A stretch of DNA of 64,000 nucleotides from an uncultured archaeon (GCA_937921735.1 CAKZTQ010000011.1:82333-146332), one strand, 5' to 3'; shown: positions 19,535-27,622, counted from the first letter of the stretch. A program made the numbers and translations. The notes: generated by a model not told the origin, from the sequence alone.

Positions 19535-21743
19535 GCATGCGACGTTCAACTTTGGCGGGATGCGGGTGCTGGAGTTCAAATGCGGCGATTGTCCACATGG
19601 CGCTTCCGTCGAATATTCGGAGGTCTGCATGCGAGAGGTTGTCCAGGAGCTGACACTGCACGCCGACTTGGATGCCGTGGTCTTGGCTGGGCTGTACGAG
19701 CGAGAATACAGGGGGCAAGCGCTGGCCGCGTTGAGGGAGATGGCGGAGGTGGCGAGGGATTGCTCGTACCTGCTGCTCAAGCCTCTGACGCTGGCCGACT
19801 GCAGTCGCTGCGAGCAGGAGCGGGCAGGGCGGTTGAGGCGCCAGCTCGAGCTGATGTTGGGTGATCCCTCCAGGGCGCACGCTGAGCTGAAGGGGATGAT
19901 CGAGGAACTCCGCGAACGAGAGGGCAAGGGCGCCGAGATGTGCAGGAGATGCCGTGGCGCCTTCTTGGAGGGCGTGCTCCACCCCGTGCTTTCGTCGCTC
20001 GCGGGGGCCAAGTTGGTTAAGGAGGTGGAGGGGGAAAGGGGACGCGGGGGCTACGCCAAGTTGCTGCAGCCGCTCATCAAACCCCGTTTTCTGACATCTC
20101 GCCTGCTCCTGGAGCCGCCCCAGGGGGCCAAGCTGGTCGATGCCTATGAGCTAGAAAGCGCAGAGGTGCGGATCTACAGCCTGCCGGACGAGCTGCAGCA
20201 CATTTATTTCCTCGTCCCGTCGGAGTACCGGTTGCCCCCCGATCGGGTTTCCCTGTTGCATAAGGTGAGGTCTACCCTGCTGTCGGATTCGGAAAAATTT
20301 TCGGCGAACTTCCTCGCCGAGCGCGACGAGTTCGAGCGTACATGCGAGGAGCTCATCGCCAGGGTCGCTAGGGAGGATCAGCTCGACGTCGATAAGCGGG
20401 ACATAAGGGCACTCGCCCGTTGTCTAGCGAAGTTCACCGTCGGCCTCGGGGTGCTGGAGACCCTGCTCTCCGACGATAGGGTGCAGGACGTCTACATCGA
20501 CGCCCCCGTTGGTAGAACCCCGGTCCACATCTACCACCGCGACTTCGAGGAGAGCGTGAGCAACATCTACCTCACGCCGGGCGATGCCGAATCGCTCGTC
20601 TCCAAGTTTCGGGCCGTAAGCGGTAGACCCTTCTCGGAGGCCGACCCCGCGCTGGACCTCGACCTGGGGGGCGTGCGCGTCACCGCGATAGGGCGTCCGC
20701 TGAGCCCGGAGGGCACGGCCTTCGCCCTTCGCAGGCACAAGCCGACGCCCTGGACGCTTCCCCAGCTCGTGCGCGCGCGATTCCTTACGCCCCGCGCCGC
20801 CGGCCTCCTCAGCCTGCTCGTCGACGGGCAAACCTCGCTGCTCGTGACCGGCAGCAGGGGCGCGGGGAAGACCTCACTGCTCGGGGCCCTGCTGTTGGAG
20901 ATCCTGCCCAAATTTAGGATCATAGTGCTCGAAGATACCGCGGAGCTCCCCGTCGCCCAGCTTCGCTCGTTGGGTTTCAAGGTGCAAGCCCTCCGCGTCC
21001 GGGCGGCGGTCTCGGCGAGCGAGGTCGAGGTGAGCGCCCAGGATGCGCTCCGCGCGGCCCTCAGGCTGGGCGAGTCCGTACTCGTCGTGGGCGAAGTCCG
21101 TGGGCCCGAGGCGGCATGCTTGTACGAGGCGATGCGCATAGGTGCGGCTGGGAATTCGGTCATGGGCACCATCCATGGCGCTAGCGCCCGAGACGTTTTC
21201 GAGAGGGTGGTCAGGGACCTAGGCATCCCTCCTAGTTCCTTCAAGGCGACGGACGTCATAGTAGTCGCATCGCTTATCAGGCGCTTGGGCGGCGTTGCCC
21301 GCAGCAGGAGGGTGACGCAGATCACGGAGCTCAGGGACGGATGGCGGGAGGACCCCGTGAGCGAGGGCGGGTTTTTGGACCTGATGAGCTACGACTCAGC
21401 GACGGACGAGCTCAAGCCCACGCGCGCGCTCGCAGGGCTTAAGTCCCGCGTGATCGCGGACATCGCGAGGAAATGGGGCACCAAGCCCAGCGAGCTTTCG
21501 AAAAACCTCAACCTCAGGGCAAAGATCTGCGAGGAGTTGATCAGGGCAGCACGCGAGCTGGGCAACCCCCAGATCCTAGAAGCTGGGTTCGTGGTGCGGT
21601 CAAATCTCGCCTACCACTCCTTGCTGGAGCAACAGCTAAGGCACGGTACCATAGACTACGACGAGGTTTTTGAGGGTTGGCTAGCGTGGCTTGGGCGCGA
21701 GCTCTCTCCGCGCCAGCTGGCGCCTCGCGCTCCAGAGGGTTGA
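19524..21743 (+). CDS. Type II/IV secretion-system ATPase (FlaI/PilB/VirB11 superfamily) with a Cys-rich N-terminal extension
   Basis: 739 aa with a GTG start. Walker A is VTGSRGAGKTSLL, with IIVLEDTAEL, VVGEVRGPEA and GTIHGAS (His box). A FlaI-like middle region is present (YFLVPSEYRLPPD). The first ~150 aa carry several CxxC pairs. Confidence 0.85.
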   Translation: MTCKHATFNFGGMRVLEFKCGDCPHGASVEYSEVCMREVVQELTLHADLDAVVLAGLYEREYRGQALAALREMAEVARDCSYLLLKPLTLADCSRCEQERAGRLRRQLELMLGDPSRAHAELKGMIEELREREGKGAEMCRRCRGAFLEGVLHPVLSSLAGAKLVKEVEGERGRGGYAKLLQPLIKPRFLTSRLLLEPPQGAKLVDAYELESAEVRIYSLPDELQHIYFLVPSEYRLPPDRVSLLHKVRSTLLSDSEKFSANFLAERDEFERTCEELIARVAREDQLDVDKRDIRALARCLAKFTVGLGVLETLLSDDRVQDVYIDAPVGRTPVHIYHRDFEESVSNIYLTPGDAESLVSKFRAVSGRPFSEADPALDLDLGGVRVTAIGRPLSPEGTAFALRRHKPTPWTLPQLVRARFLTPRAAGLLSLLVDGQTSLLVTGSRGAGKTSLLGALLLEILPKFRIIVLEDTAELPVAQLRSLGFKVQALRVRAAVSASEVEVSAQDALRAALRLGESVLVVGEVRGPEAACLYEAMRIGAAGNSVMGTIHGASARDVFERVVRDLGIPPSSFKATDVIVVASLIRRLGGVARSRRVTQITELRDGWREDPVSEGGFLDLMSYDSATDELKPTRALAGLKSRVIADIARKWGTKPSELSKNLNLRAKICEELIRAARELGNPQILEAGFVVRSNLAYHSLLEQQLRHGTIDYDEVFEGWLAWLGRELSPRQLAPRAPEG

Positions 21744-23521
21744 GCTTGGAGTGGTTGGATGTCCTCTACACAAAGGCCTGTAGGTGGGCCGGCGGGTTCA
21801 AGGCACTCCGGCGCGTGAAGTTCGGGAGCGACGAGCTGCGGGAGAACTTGGAGCTGGCAGGCCTAGATATACAGCCGGACGAAGTGGTCGCGCTTTCGCT
21901 GTTCGCCCTTTCGGCGTCCGCCCTGCTGGCGGCGGCGGTCACCGCGGCTTGTCTAACGCTTGGCTGGCCGATCGCCATCCTTGCCGCCCTCCTCCCTTTG
22001 CCTCTCCTCGCCTTTGCATCCGTGGGCTGGTATCCCAGCTGGCGCGCCGCGCGAGAGCGCGTCCGCGGGCTCGGCGAGGTACCGATCTTGATCAGCTATA
22101 TGTCGATGTCGATGAAGATATCGCCCAACCTCGAGCGCTCCGCAAGCTTCGCGGCGGAGTGCATCGATGGGCCGCTCGGGCGAAGCCTCCGGGAAGCGCT
22201 CATGCGTGCCCACCTGCGCGCGGCCGCAGACATCGGCGAGGCGCTGGAACAGTTCGGGCGAAGATGGGGTAGGTGGTGCGGGAGCCTCAAGCGATCGCTA
22301 CACCTCATCGAAGGCTCGGCGGCAGAGCGCTCGGAGGCCAACCGCTTCCACCTCTTGGACAGGGCCGTCGAGGCGAGCTTCGAGGGCGTGCGGGAGCAGA
22401 TGCGGAACTTCGCGTCAGGGCTGCAGTTGTCTACTTCGATGGTGTACAGCATAGGTGTGCTTTTACCGCTTGCCCTTCTCGCCGTCCTGCCGGTGCTGAC
22501 CACGGTCAACGTAAGGGTTAGCGTCTGGGAGGTCGCGGCGATCTATTGCGTCGTGCTGCCCGCCGCCGTCTACGCGCTGAGCAGGCGCGCCCTATCGAGG
22601 CGTCCGGTCACCTTTCCGGTGTCTTCAGCTCCGGCTGCGGCGCATAACGCGAGGGTGTGGTTGCTTGCCTCAGCGCTGGGCACGATGCCCGTGCTTGCGG
22701 GTTTCTTACTCGGGACCGGCGATGCACGAGCGCTCTCCTGCCTTTGGGGCATCTCGATCGGCGTCGCGGCTTACCTTTACCTCTCGTGCGCAGGGGCGTA
22801 CGAATGGCGAGCGAAGGTGGAGCGGGTGGAGGAGGAGTTCTGCGACTCGCTGGTGCAGCTGGGCAACAGGATAGCGGAGGGCAAGCCGGCGGAGGAGGCC
22901 TTCGACGGCGTGGCGAGCTTGATGAGGGGGACCGAGATATCCCGCCTGTTCTCGAGGGCCTCCGCGAACATCAAGTTCGGGGGGATGGGGCTTCGTAAAG
23001 CACTTTTCGACGAGGAGCACGGGGCCCTTCGCGAGGTCCGCTCGAGGACCATAGAGGCTACGATGCGCTTGCTCGTCGACGTCATCGAGCGCAGCAACAA
23101 GGCTGCAGGCGAGGCGGCGCTTCGCATGGCGGATCATATAAAGGCGATGAGGCAGCTCGAGCTGGAGGTGCGTCACTCGCTGGGCGAGGTCGCGGCGTCG
23201 ATGCGCTCGGTTGCCCTATTCTTCGCCCCGCTGATCGCCTCCGTGACCGCCCGCCTTCAGCTGGCGTTGTCGAGCAAAGCCTCCTCCATACCTTTTCTGA
23301 GCTCTGGTCAATCGCTCTCGCCTCCCTCGTTCCTCTTACTGCTCGGGGTCTACGTCTTGCTCCTCACGATGATCTTGCTTTCTTGCGCGGTCGAGATCGA
23401 GGTGGGTGACGATCCGCTGATGAAGCGCGTCATCATCGCCCGAGCGTTGCCGATCGCCATGGCGGTATTCACCGTCGGTGCTCTCGTCAGCGGGCAGTTC
23501 GTCGCTGCCCTCGTAGGGTGA
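21740..23521 (+). CDS. FlaJ/TadC-like polytopic membrane platform protein (two T2SS-F-like domains)
   Basis: ORF 21677..23521. I prefer the in-frame TTG at 21740, which overlaps the ATPase TGA (TTGA). There are two cytoplasmic helical domains (around ISYMSMSMKISPNLERS and EEFCDSLVQLGNRIAEGKPAEEAF), each flanked by clusters of TM helices. Confidence 0.75.
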   Translation: MSLEWLDVLYTKACRWAGGFKALRRVKFGSDELRENLELAGLDIQPDEVVALSLFALSASALLAAAVTAACLTLGWPIAILAALLPLPLLAFASVGWYPSWRAARERVRGLGEVPILISYMSMSMKISPNLERSASFAAECIDGPLGRSLREALMRAHLRAAADIGEALEQFGRRWGRWCGSLKRSLHLIEGSAAERSEANRFHLLDRAVEASFEGVREQMRNFASGLQLSTSMVYSIGVLLPLALLAVLPVLTTVNVRVSVWEVAAIYCVVLPAAVYALSRRALSRRPVTFPVSSAPAAAHNARVWLLASALGTMPVLAGFLLGTGDARALSCLWGISIGVAAYLYLSCAGAYEWRAKVERVEEEFCDSLVQLGNRIAEGKPAEEAFDGVASLMRGTEISRLFSRASANIKFGGMGLRKALFDEEHGALREVRSRTIEATMRLLVDVIERSNKAAGEAALRMADHIKAMRQLELEVRHSLGEVAASMRSVALFFAPLIASVTARLQLALSSKASSIPFLSSGQSLSPPSFLLLLGVYVLLLTMILLSCAVEIEVGDDPLMKRVIIARALPIAMAVFTVGALVSGQFVAALVG

Positions 23522-23575
23522 CTTTGGCCGCGGATGGGCAAAGGTTTAATTTGCGGTGACATAATTTTTTTCGGT

Positions 23576-23686
23576 GCGGCCGTAGTCTAGCCTGGTCTTG
23601 GCGCGGGGGCGCCGCCAAAAGGACACGAGCCTGCCACACGTAGGGCGAAGCTTGTGACGCGGGTTCAAATCCCGCCGGCCGCACCA
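23576..23686 (+). tRNA. tRNA-Gly (anticodon GCC, provisional) with two introns (D-loop and 37/38), CCA encoded
   Basis: GCGGCCG-TA-GTCT-AGCCTGGTCT[TGGCGCGGGGGCGCCGCCAAA]A-GGAC-A-CGAGC-CTGCCA[CACGTAGGGCGA]A-GCTTG-TGAC-GCGGG-TTCAAAT-CCCGC-CGGCCGC-A-CCA. The gene is 111 nt against ~77 nt expected. Acceptor, T and anticodon stems are perfect or wobble-paired only after removing both insertions. Confidence 0.7.
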
Positions 23687-23872
23687 CTGTACGCATTGAG
23701 TCCACAACAAGATTTCGACCGTCAAGCAGGTGGGTGGAAGGAAAAGCTTCGGTTGCTCAAGGCTCATATTTCTATGAATACAAAGAGCTCAAGCCCTACT
23801 GAATCGAACGACTGAGCCGCGTCAGCCTTCCGTGTGAGATCGTGTTCCTTGCGGCAAGGGAGTTTTTGCGAT

Positions 23873-23983
23873 TCAAAGCGGTCGCGATTGAGATAACTGA
23901 CACGCCCGGTCACGTAATAAGGCCAATTCCAGCGCCTTTGCTCCTTTGAGCTTCAAACGTGGTTCGTTATCGCCTTCGGTCAT
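23873..23983 (-). CDS. Possible 36-aa ORF at the 3' end of the ferredoxin operon
   Basis: ATG at 23983 preceded by GGAGGT with ~8-nt spacing. Translation is MTEGDNEPRLKLKGAKALELALLRDRACQLSQSRPL. It may be a gene fragment. There is no family assignment. Confidence 0.3.
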   Translation of the reverse strand: MTEGDNEPRLKLKGAKALELALLRDRACQLSQSRPL

Positions 23984-24046
23984 GTAGTTTAACCTCCTTA
24001 AAGGGTTTCCCTGTAATGGATTGTTGCAGGAGTAAGACTTGAGGCC

Positions 24047-24340
24047 TTAACGGTATTCGTATTTCCCCCGCAGTTCTCTAAGCATCTGCTTAAGTTCCTG
24101 CCTAGATGGAAAGCTGATGGCACCTACTGGACATCGCGGCCTACATGACTCACATCCCACTAGGCAATCGTAAGGTCTTGCAACCACTGCCTTGTTGCCC
24201 TGCTTTTCGTAAACATGTTCGTGGCAGAATTCCACGCAGATTCCGCAGCCAGTGCAGAGCTCATGATTAATTGTTGGAAACCATTTGATCTCCTTTCGGG
24301 GTATCCCTAGATACGTTTTCTCCTCGCTCATGCTTCTCAT
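24047..24340 (-). CDS. 4Fe-4S dicluster ferredoxin-like protein
   Basis: 97 aa with CTGCGICVEFC and CLVGCESCRPRCP cluster motifs. Paralogous to the next gene through a shared PRKEIKW.PTI N-terminal motif and an AISFPS..ELK..LRELR.KY C-terminal motif. Confidence 0.8.
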   Translation of the reverse strand: MRSMSEEKTYLGIPRKEIKWFPTINHELCTGCGICVEFCHEHVYEKQGNKAVVARPYDCLVGCESCRPRCPVGAISFPSRQELKQMLRELRGKYEYR

Positions 24341-24359
24341 CTTCTAACGCATTCGCCTG

Positions 24360-24734
24360 CTAGGGACTGGTTGTGACGTATCCATACTTCTTTCTTAACT
24401 CTCTAAGTTGACGCTTTAACTCCTCTTGAGATGGAAAGCTTATAGCCCCGGTTGGGCAGCGTGGGGCACATGATTGGCTTGGCACATTACAGTTGTATGG
24501 GTCGTCAACAACAACTTTGTCGTCTACTCGCTTGTAAACCCTCATGTGGCAGTAATCAACACAGAAGTAGTCACATACCTTTGGATCGCATTTACTATAG
24601 TCAATCGTCGGGTACCACTTAATCTCCTTTCTTGGTAATCCGAAGGGATTCTGCGGAGCCATGACCTTCGGTCCGTAGTACCGCTCCTCAGCGAGGTATT
24701 TCTCCTTCTTTTCCTCTGCCATTTTATGCGCCAA
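24360..24734 (-). CDS. Ferredoxin-like paralogue with altered Cys spacing
   Basis: 124 aa. Alignable by eye to 24047..24340, but the cluster motifs read CDPKVCDYFCVDYC and CNVPSQSCAPRCP. Confidence 0.7.
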   Translation of the reverse strand: MAHKMAEEKKEKYLAEERYYGPKVMAPQNPFGLPRKEIKWYPTIDYSKCDPKVCDYFCVDYCHMRVYKRVDDKVVVDDPYNCNVPSQSCAPRCPTGAISFPSQEELKRQLRELRKKYGYVTTSP

Positions 24735-25104
24735 CCACCTTACTTATAGCTTCCTCAACCTTCTTCATGGCCTCCGCCGTTTCCATATTCCTCAAATCTA
24801 AAGAAATCACTTGCTTGTCAAAGTCCAAGCCCTTTTCAGCAAAAACGTCCTTAAGCATTTTTCTCTGCATCCTTGGGTCGCATCCGCCTATGATGTATAT
24901 TTTGTCTTTATCCGTTTCCTTCAAATAATCCCTGAAAAAGTTATCTCCATCCGTCACGCAAAGCTGAGGATGGATTATGGCGTACTCTACGTCAAGCTCA
25001 TTTCTAACAAAATTTATTAACTTCCACAAATCCAGATTTGCAAATCCAGGACATTCACCAGTGCAGAAGCACATTATAAATCTGGGCAATTTCCTTTCGC
25101 TCAT
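24724..25104 (-). CDS. MvhD/FlpD-like (hydrogenase iron-sulfur subunit family) protein, divergent
   Basis: ORF trimmed to the ATG at 25104 (MSERKLPRFIMCFCTGECPGF), preceded by GGTGAAGGA. The Cys pattern (CFCTGEC, QLC, GGCDP) and length resemble MvhD (FCCNWC, VMCSG, GGCHxGDC) but lack the last Cys pair. Assignment is tentative. Confidence 0.45.
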   Translation of the reverse strand: MSERKLPRFIMCFCTGECPGFANLDLWKLINFVRNELDVEYAIIHPQLCVTDGDNFFRDYLKETDKDKIYIIGGCDPRMQRKMLKDVFAEKGLDFDKQVISLDLRNMETAEAMKKVEEAISKVVGA

Positions 25105-25120
25105 ATCCTTCACCTGGCTT

Positions 25121-25171
25121 GGAAAAAATATAAATTGGTATTTAAATTTATCGTTGGAACATTTTATAAGG
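25121..25171 (-). promoter_or_regulatory. AT-rich promoter region of the MvhD-like/ferredoxin operon
   Basis: The minus strand reads CCTTATAAAATG...AAATTTAAATACC...TTTATATTTTTT, giving several TATA-like boxes 20-70 nt upstream of the ATG at 25104. Confidence 0.4.
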
Positions 25172-25189
25172 AAAATCGCGTTGAAGCCC

Positions 25190-27022
25190 TCACTCGAACG
25201 ATGCGATGGAATAACAGTGGACGTTGGGCACCGTAAATGTGACTTTTCCATCCTCTACCCGGAAGTTCAGTATCATCCCATTCGCGTCGGGGCTCACCAT
25301 CCTCAGCCTCCTGCCCTCGAGGCTTACCTCTTCGGGTATCGTCAGCGTCACCTCCACGTTTCTCTGGTCCGAGAAATCACGAGCTCCCCTGTCGTACTCG
25401 TAGTTTATAAGGTGGGCGAGGAGCGAGTCACCCCTTCTGTACACCACTATCCCCAGCTGCTCCGAGGCGTTCGTCTCTAGGCCAAAGTCCAACCCCATGC
25501 CTTTTAGGGTCGAGACGAGGGCGAAATCGTCGACGAGCTCATCGCACTTCAAGACCCTCCCGCCGAGCATCGAATACCGCGAGAGTAGGTCCTGCGCTTC
25601 CTCATCCAGATCGTAGCCTCTGGGCACGATCACGACCCCATATTTCCGCAGCTCCTCCAGCGTCAGCCGCTTCTGCACGAACTTGCCGTCGCCCCTGTAG
25701 ACGACCTCGAACGGGATGTGGGCCTCCTGCAGCATCACCCCCACGCGCTGGAAGCTACGCCATGAGAGATCCGCTAGCCACAGGAGCTCGTTGGTCAGGG
25801 TGGAGTGAAGATCGTGGAGCACCGCCACGCTGGCGATCCGCTCCAGGTTCTCGTAGTACTGGGGGTGCTCGGTGAAGAACTTGGTGTATGAGGAGATCTT
25901 CTCCGCGGCCAAAGTGTAGGACCCGCCCCCGTAGGTATACGCCTGGTACGGGATCAGGAACGAGGCGCCGCAGGCGCGGGCTTCGGCGAGCCAATGTCTC
26001 CAAAGCCACCACTCGTCCTCTGAGAGCTTGGCGAGATCGAAGACATCGGGGAAGGCCGTGAATGGCTTCTCGGGGGCGATCGCCTCGGCTAGGAAGTAAG
26101 TGGTGAGGTGCTTCCCCGGAAGGGGCCTGAGGTAATCCAACCATTCGTGCTCTTCGGGCATTATTGGCATCTCGAAGATGGCGAAGTCCAGGTAGGGCAC
26201 GTAGATCTGCTGGTTGGGGCTCAGACCGTAGAGGTTGCCGCCTATCAGTAGCTCCCTTCCCGCATAACCCTTCGTATGCTGGATGAGCTCCCTGATGAAA
26301 TCCGCCCTGGCCGAGTACTTGGCTTGGTAGAACTCGAGCAGGAGCTTGGGGTTTGGGTCCTCCCACTCGCTCGTCGCGCCGTGCTGGAGCAGGTATTGTC
26401 TATAGTTGAACGATGACAGGTTCTCTATCCCGAAGAGCGAGCGCAGCCCTTCCTCGGAGTAGTGCTCGGCCAAATAGGAGTTAAAGGCCTGCATGCAGTA
26501 GTCGCAGAAAGCGCCGGTATCCCCGATCTCATCGATGAGGATGGCGTCCACGCCACCATCGACGTGCTCCTCAAACCTCTTCATCAAGAACTCCCGCCAG
26601 AGGGGATGGTTGCTGCACATCGCGTACTGCTCCAGCCCTAGGAAGCGGAGGGGATCGCCGTAGATGTCCCTCTCGCACGCCTCTTGAATTAGCTGCTCGT
26701 TGTCCGCGCAAGCGGACTGGACGGTGGGGGGACCCGAGCAGACCACGAAGCCGTTACGGTGCAACGTGTTCACGTAGCTCCTATCGTATTCGTTCAACCC
26801 CCCGTAATACACCGACCAAGTGGTGCCCGTGGCGCCTATCTCTTTAAGATATTCTATGGGGGGTTGGTCGAATACCCACAGGTTTCCCTTCTTCAGCCAC
26901 TCGCGGGTGAAGTTATAGGGGAACTCTTCCTCTTCCTTGGGTTTCTCCCCTTGGAGGATCAGCAAAGCTGAGCCGGCGATGATGACCAAAACCAAGGCAG
27001 CGGCGATGATCACCTTCCTCAT
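25190..27022 (-). CDS. Membrane-anchored extracytoplasmic glycoside-hydrolase-like protein (GH42-like three-domain layout, tentative)
   Basis: ORF trimmed to the ATG at 27022 (MRKVIIAAALVLVIIAGSALLIL signal anchor), giving 610 aa. A TIM-barrel-like region (DAILIDEIGD, FCDYCMQAF) is followed by a module resembling the GH42 middle/trimerisation domain (SVAVLHD...IPFEVVY...YGVVIVP) and a beta-rich C-terminus. Confidence 0.45.
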   Translation of the reverse strand: MRKVIIAAALVLVIIAGSALLILQGEKPKEEEEFPYNFTREWLKKGNLWVFDQPPIEYLKEIGATGTTWSVYYGGLNEYDRSYVNTLHRNGFVVCSGPPTVQSACADNEQLIQEACERDIYGDPLRFLGLEQYAMCSNHPLWREFLMKRFEEHVDGGVDAILIDEIGDTGAFCDYCMQAFNSYLAEHYSEEGLRSLFGIENLSSFNYRQYLLQHGATSEWEDPNPKLLLEFYQAKYSARADFIRELIQHTKGYAGRELLIGGNLYGLSPNQQIYVPYLDFAIFEMPIMPEEHEWLDYLRPLPGKHLTTYFLAEAIAPEKPFTAFPDVFDLAKLSEDEWWLWRHWLAEARACGASFLIPYQAYTYGGGSYTLAAEKISSYTKFFTEHPQYYENLERIASVAVLHDLHSTLTNELLWLADLSWRSFQRVGVMLQEAHIPFEVVYRGDGKFVQKRLTLEELRKYGVVIVPRGYDLDEEAQDLLSRYSMLGGRVLKCDELVDDFALVSTLKGMGLDFGLETNASEQLGIVVYRRGDSLLAHLINYEYDRGARDFSDQRNVEVTLTIPEEVSLEGRRLRMVSPDANGMILNFRVEDGKVTFTVPNVHCYSIASFE

Positions 27023-27116
27023 CCTATTGCCACAATTTGTCTCTCCGCTTGTCTTAAATAGACTGAGGTTCGGGTCTAAAAATCGCTGCCGTTCATCGCA
27101 AAAGGGCCGAGAAACC

Positions 27117-27129
27117 GATATAAATATGG
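27117..27129 (+). promoter_or_regulatory. TATA box for the 27152 gene (leaderless geometry)
   Basis: GATATAAATATGG is centred about 29 nt upstream of the ATG at 27152, and there is no SD-like motif in between. Confidence 0.45.
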
Positions 27130-27151
27130 GCCCGTAGTTTACTTCGATGCA

Positions 27152-27622
27152 ATGATCATCTGGCCCTTCCGAAAGAAGAAAGAAGAACCAAAGGCGCCAC
27201 CTTGTACCTGCGCGCTGTGTGCGCTCATCGGCACGCTGGAACCAAAGCTCAAGGATAAGCCTTATGCTCAATCGCTTCGCAAGTTTTTGGTGGCGCCCCT
27301 CGCTCTCGAGGACGGGAAAACTCTAGGCGAGCTGCTGAAGGAGGCGAGGGATAACGCGAGGAGGGGGAAGTTGGAGGAAGCTAGGAGGAGCTACCACCTC
27401 CTCGTCGGCAGGGCCCTAGCGCGGGATGCCACGCGCGCGGGGCAGGTGAGAAAGTACCTAGCGGAGTACATGAACTTCCTCACGCGGCGAAGGCTGCCTG
27501 GCTCGGAGTATCATCCTACCAAGGCAGACTTCACGGCGGTGATGAATCACCTAGATGAGATATTGAAAGCGGTCAGGGACGCGTACAAGAAGCCCCAAGT
27601 CCCGGAGGCGGGGCCTAAGTAG
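27152..27622 (+). CDS. Hypothetical protein
   Basis: 156 aa. Coding-like codon pattern. N-terminal Cys cluster (CTCALCAL) followed by a helical region. No recognised family. Confidence 0.5.
   Translation: MIIWPFRKKKEEPKAPPCTCALCALIGTLEPKLKDKPYAQSLRKFLVAPLALEDGKTLGELLKEARDNARRGKLEEARRSYHLLVGRALARDATRAGQVRKYLAEYMNFLTRRRLPGSEYHPTKADFTAVMNHLDEILKAVRDAYKKPQVPEAGPK

Noticed and set aside
19470-23176. Numerous 70-250-aa ORFs on both strands inside the ATPase and platform genes (for example 20567..21325, 22096..22509, 22706..23176)
   Set aside because: All overlap strongly supported genes. Their Arg/Ala/Gly/Pro-rich translations are characteristic of alternative frames in high-G+C DNA.
23487-23767. 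Two minus-strand ORFs (72 and 73 aa) covering tRNA-Gly
   Set aside because: They run through a well-folding tRNA gene and its flanks, so they are spurious.
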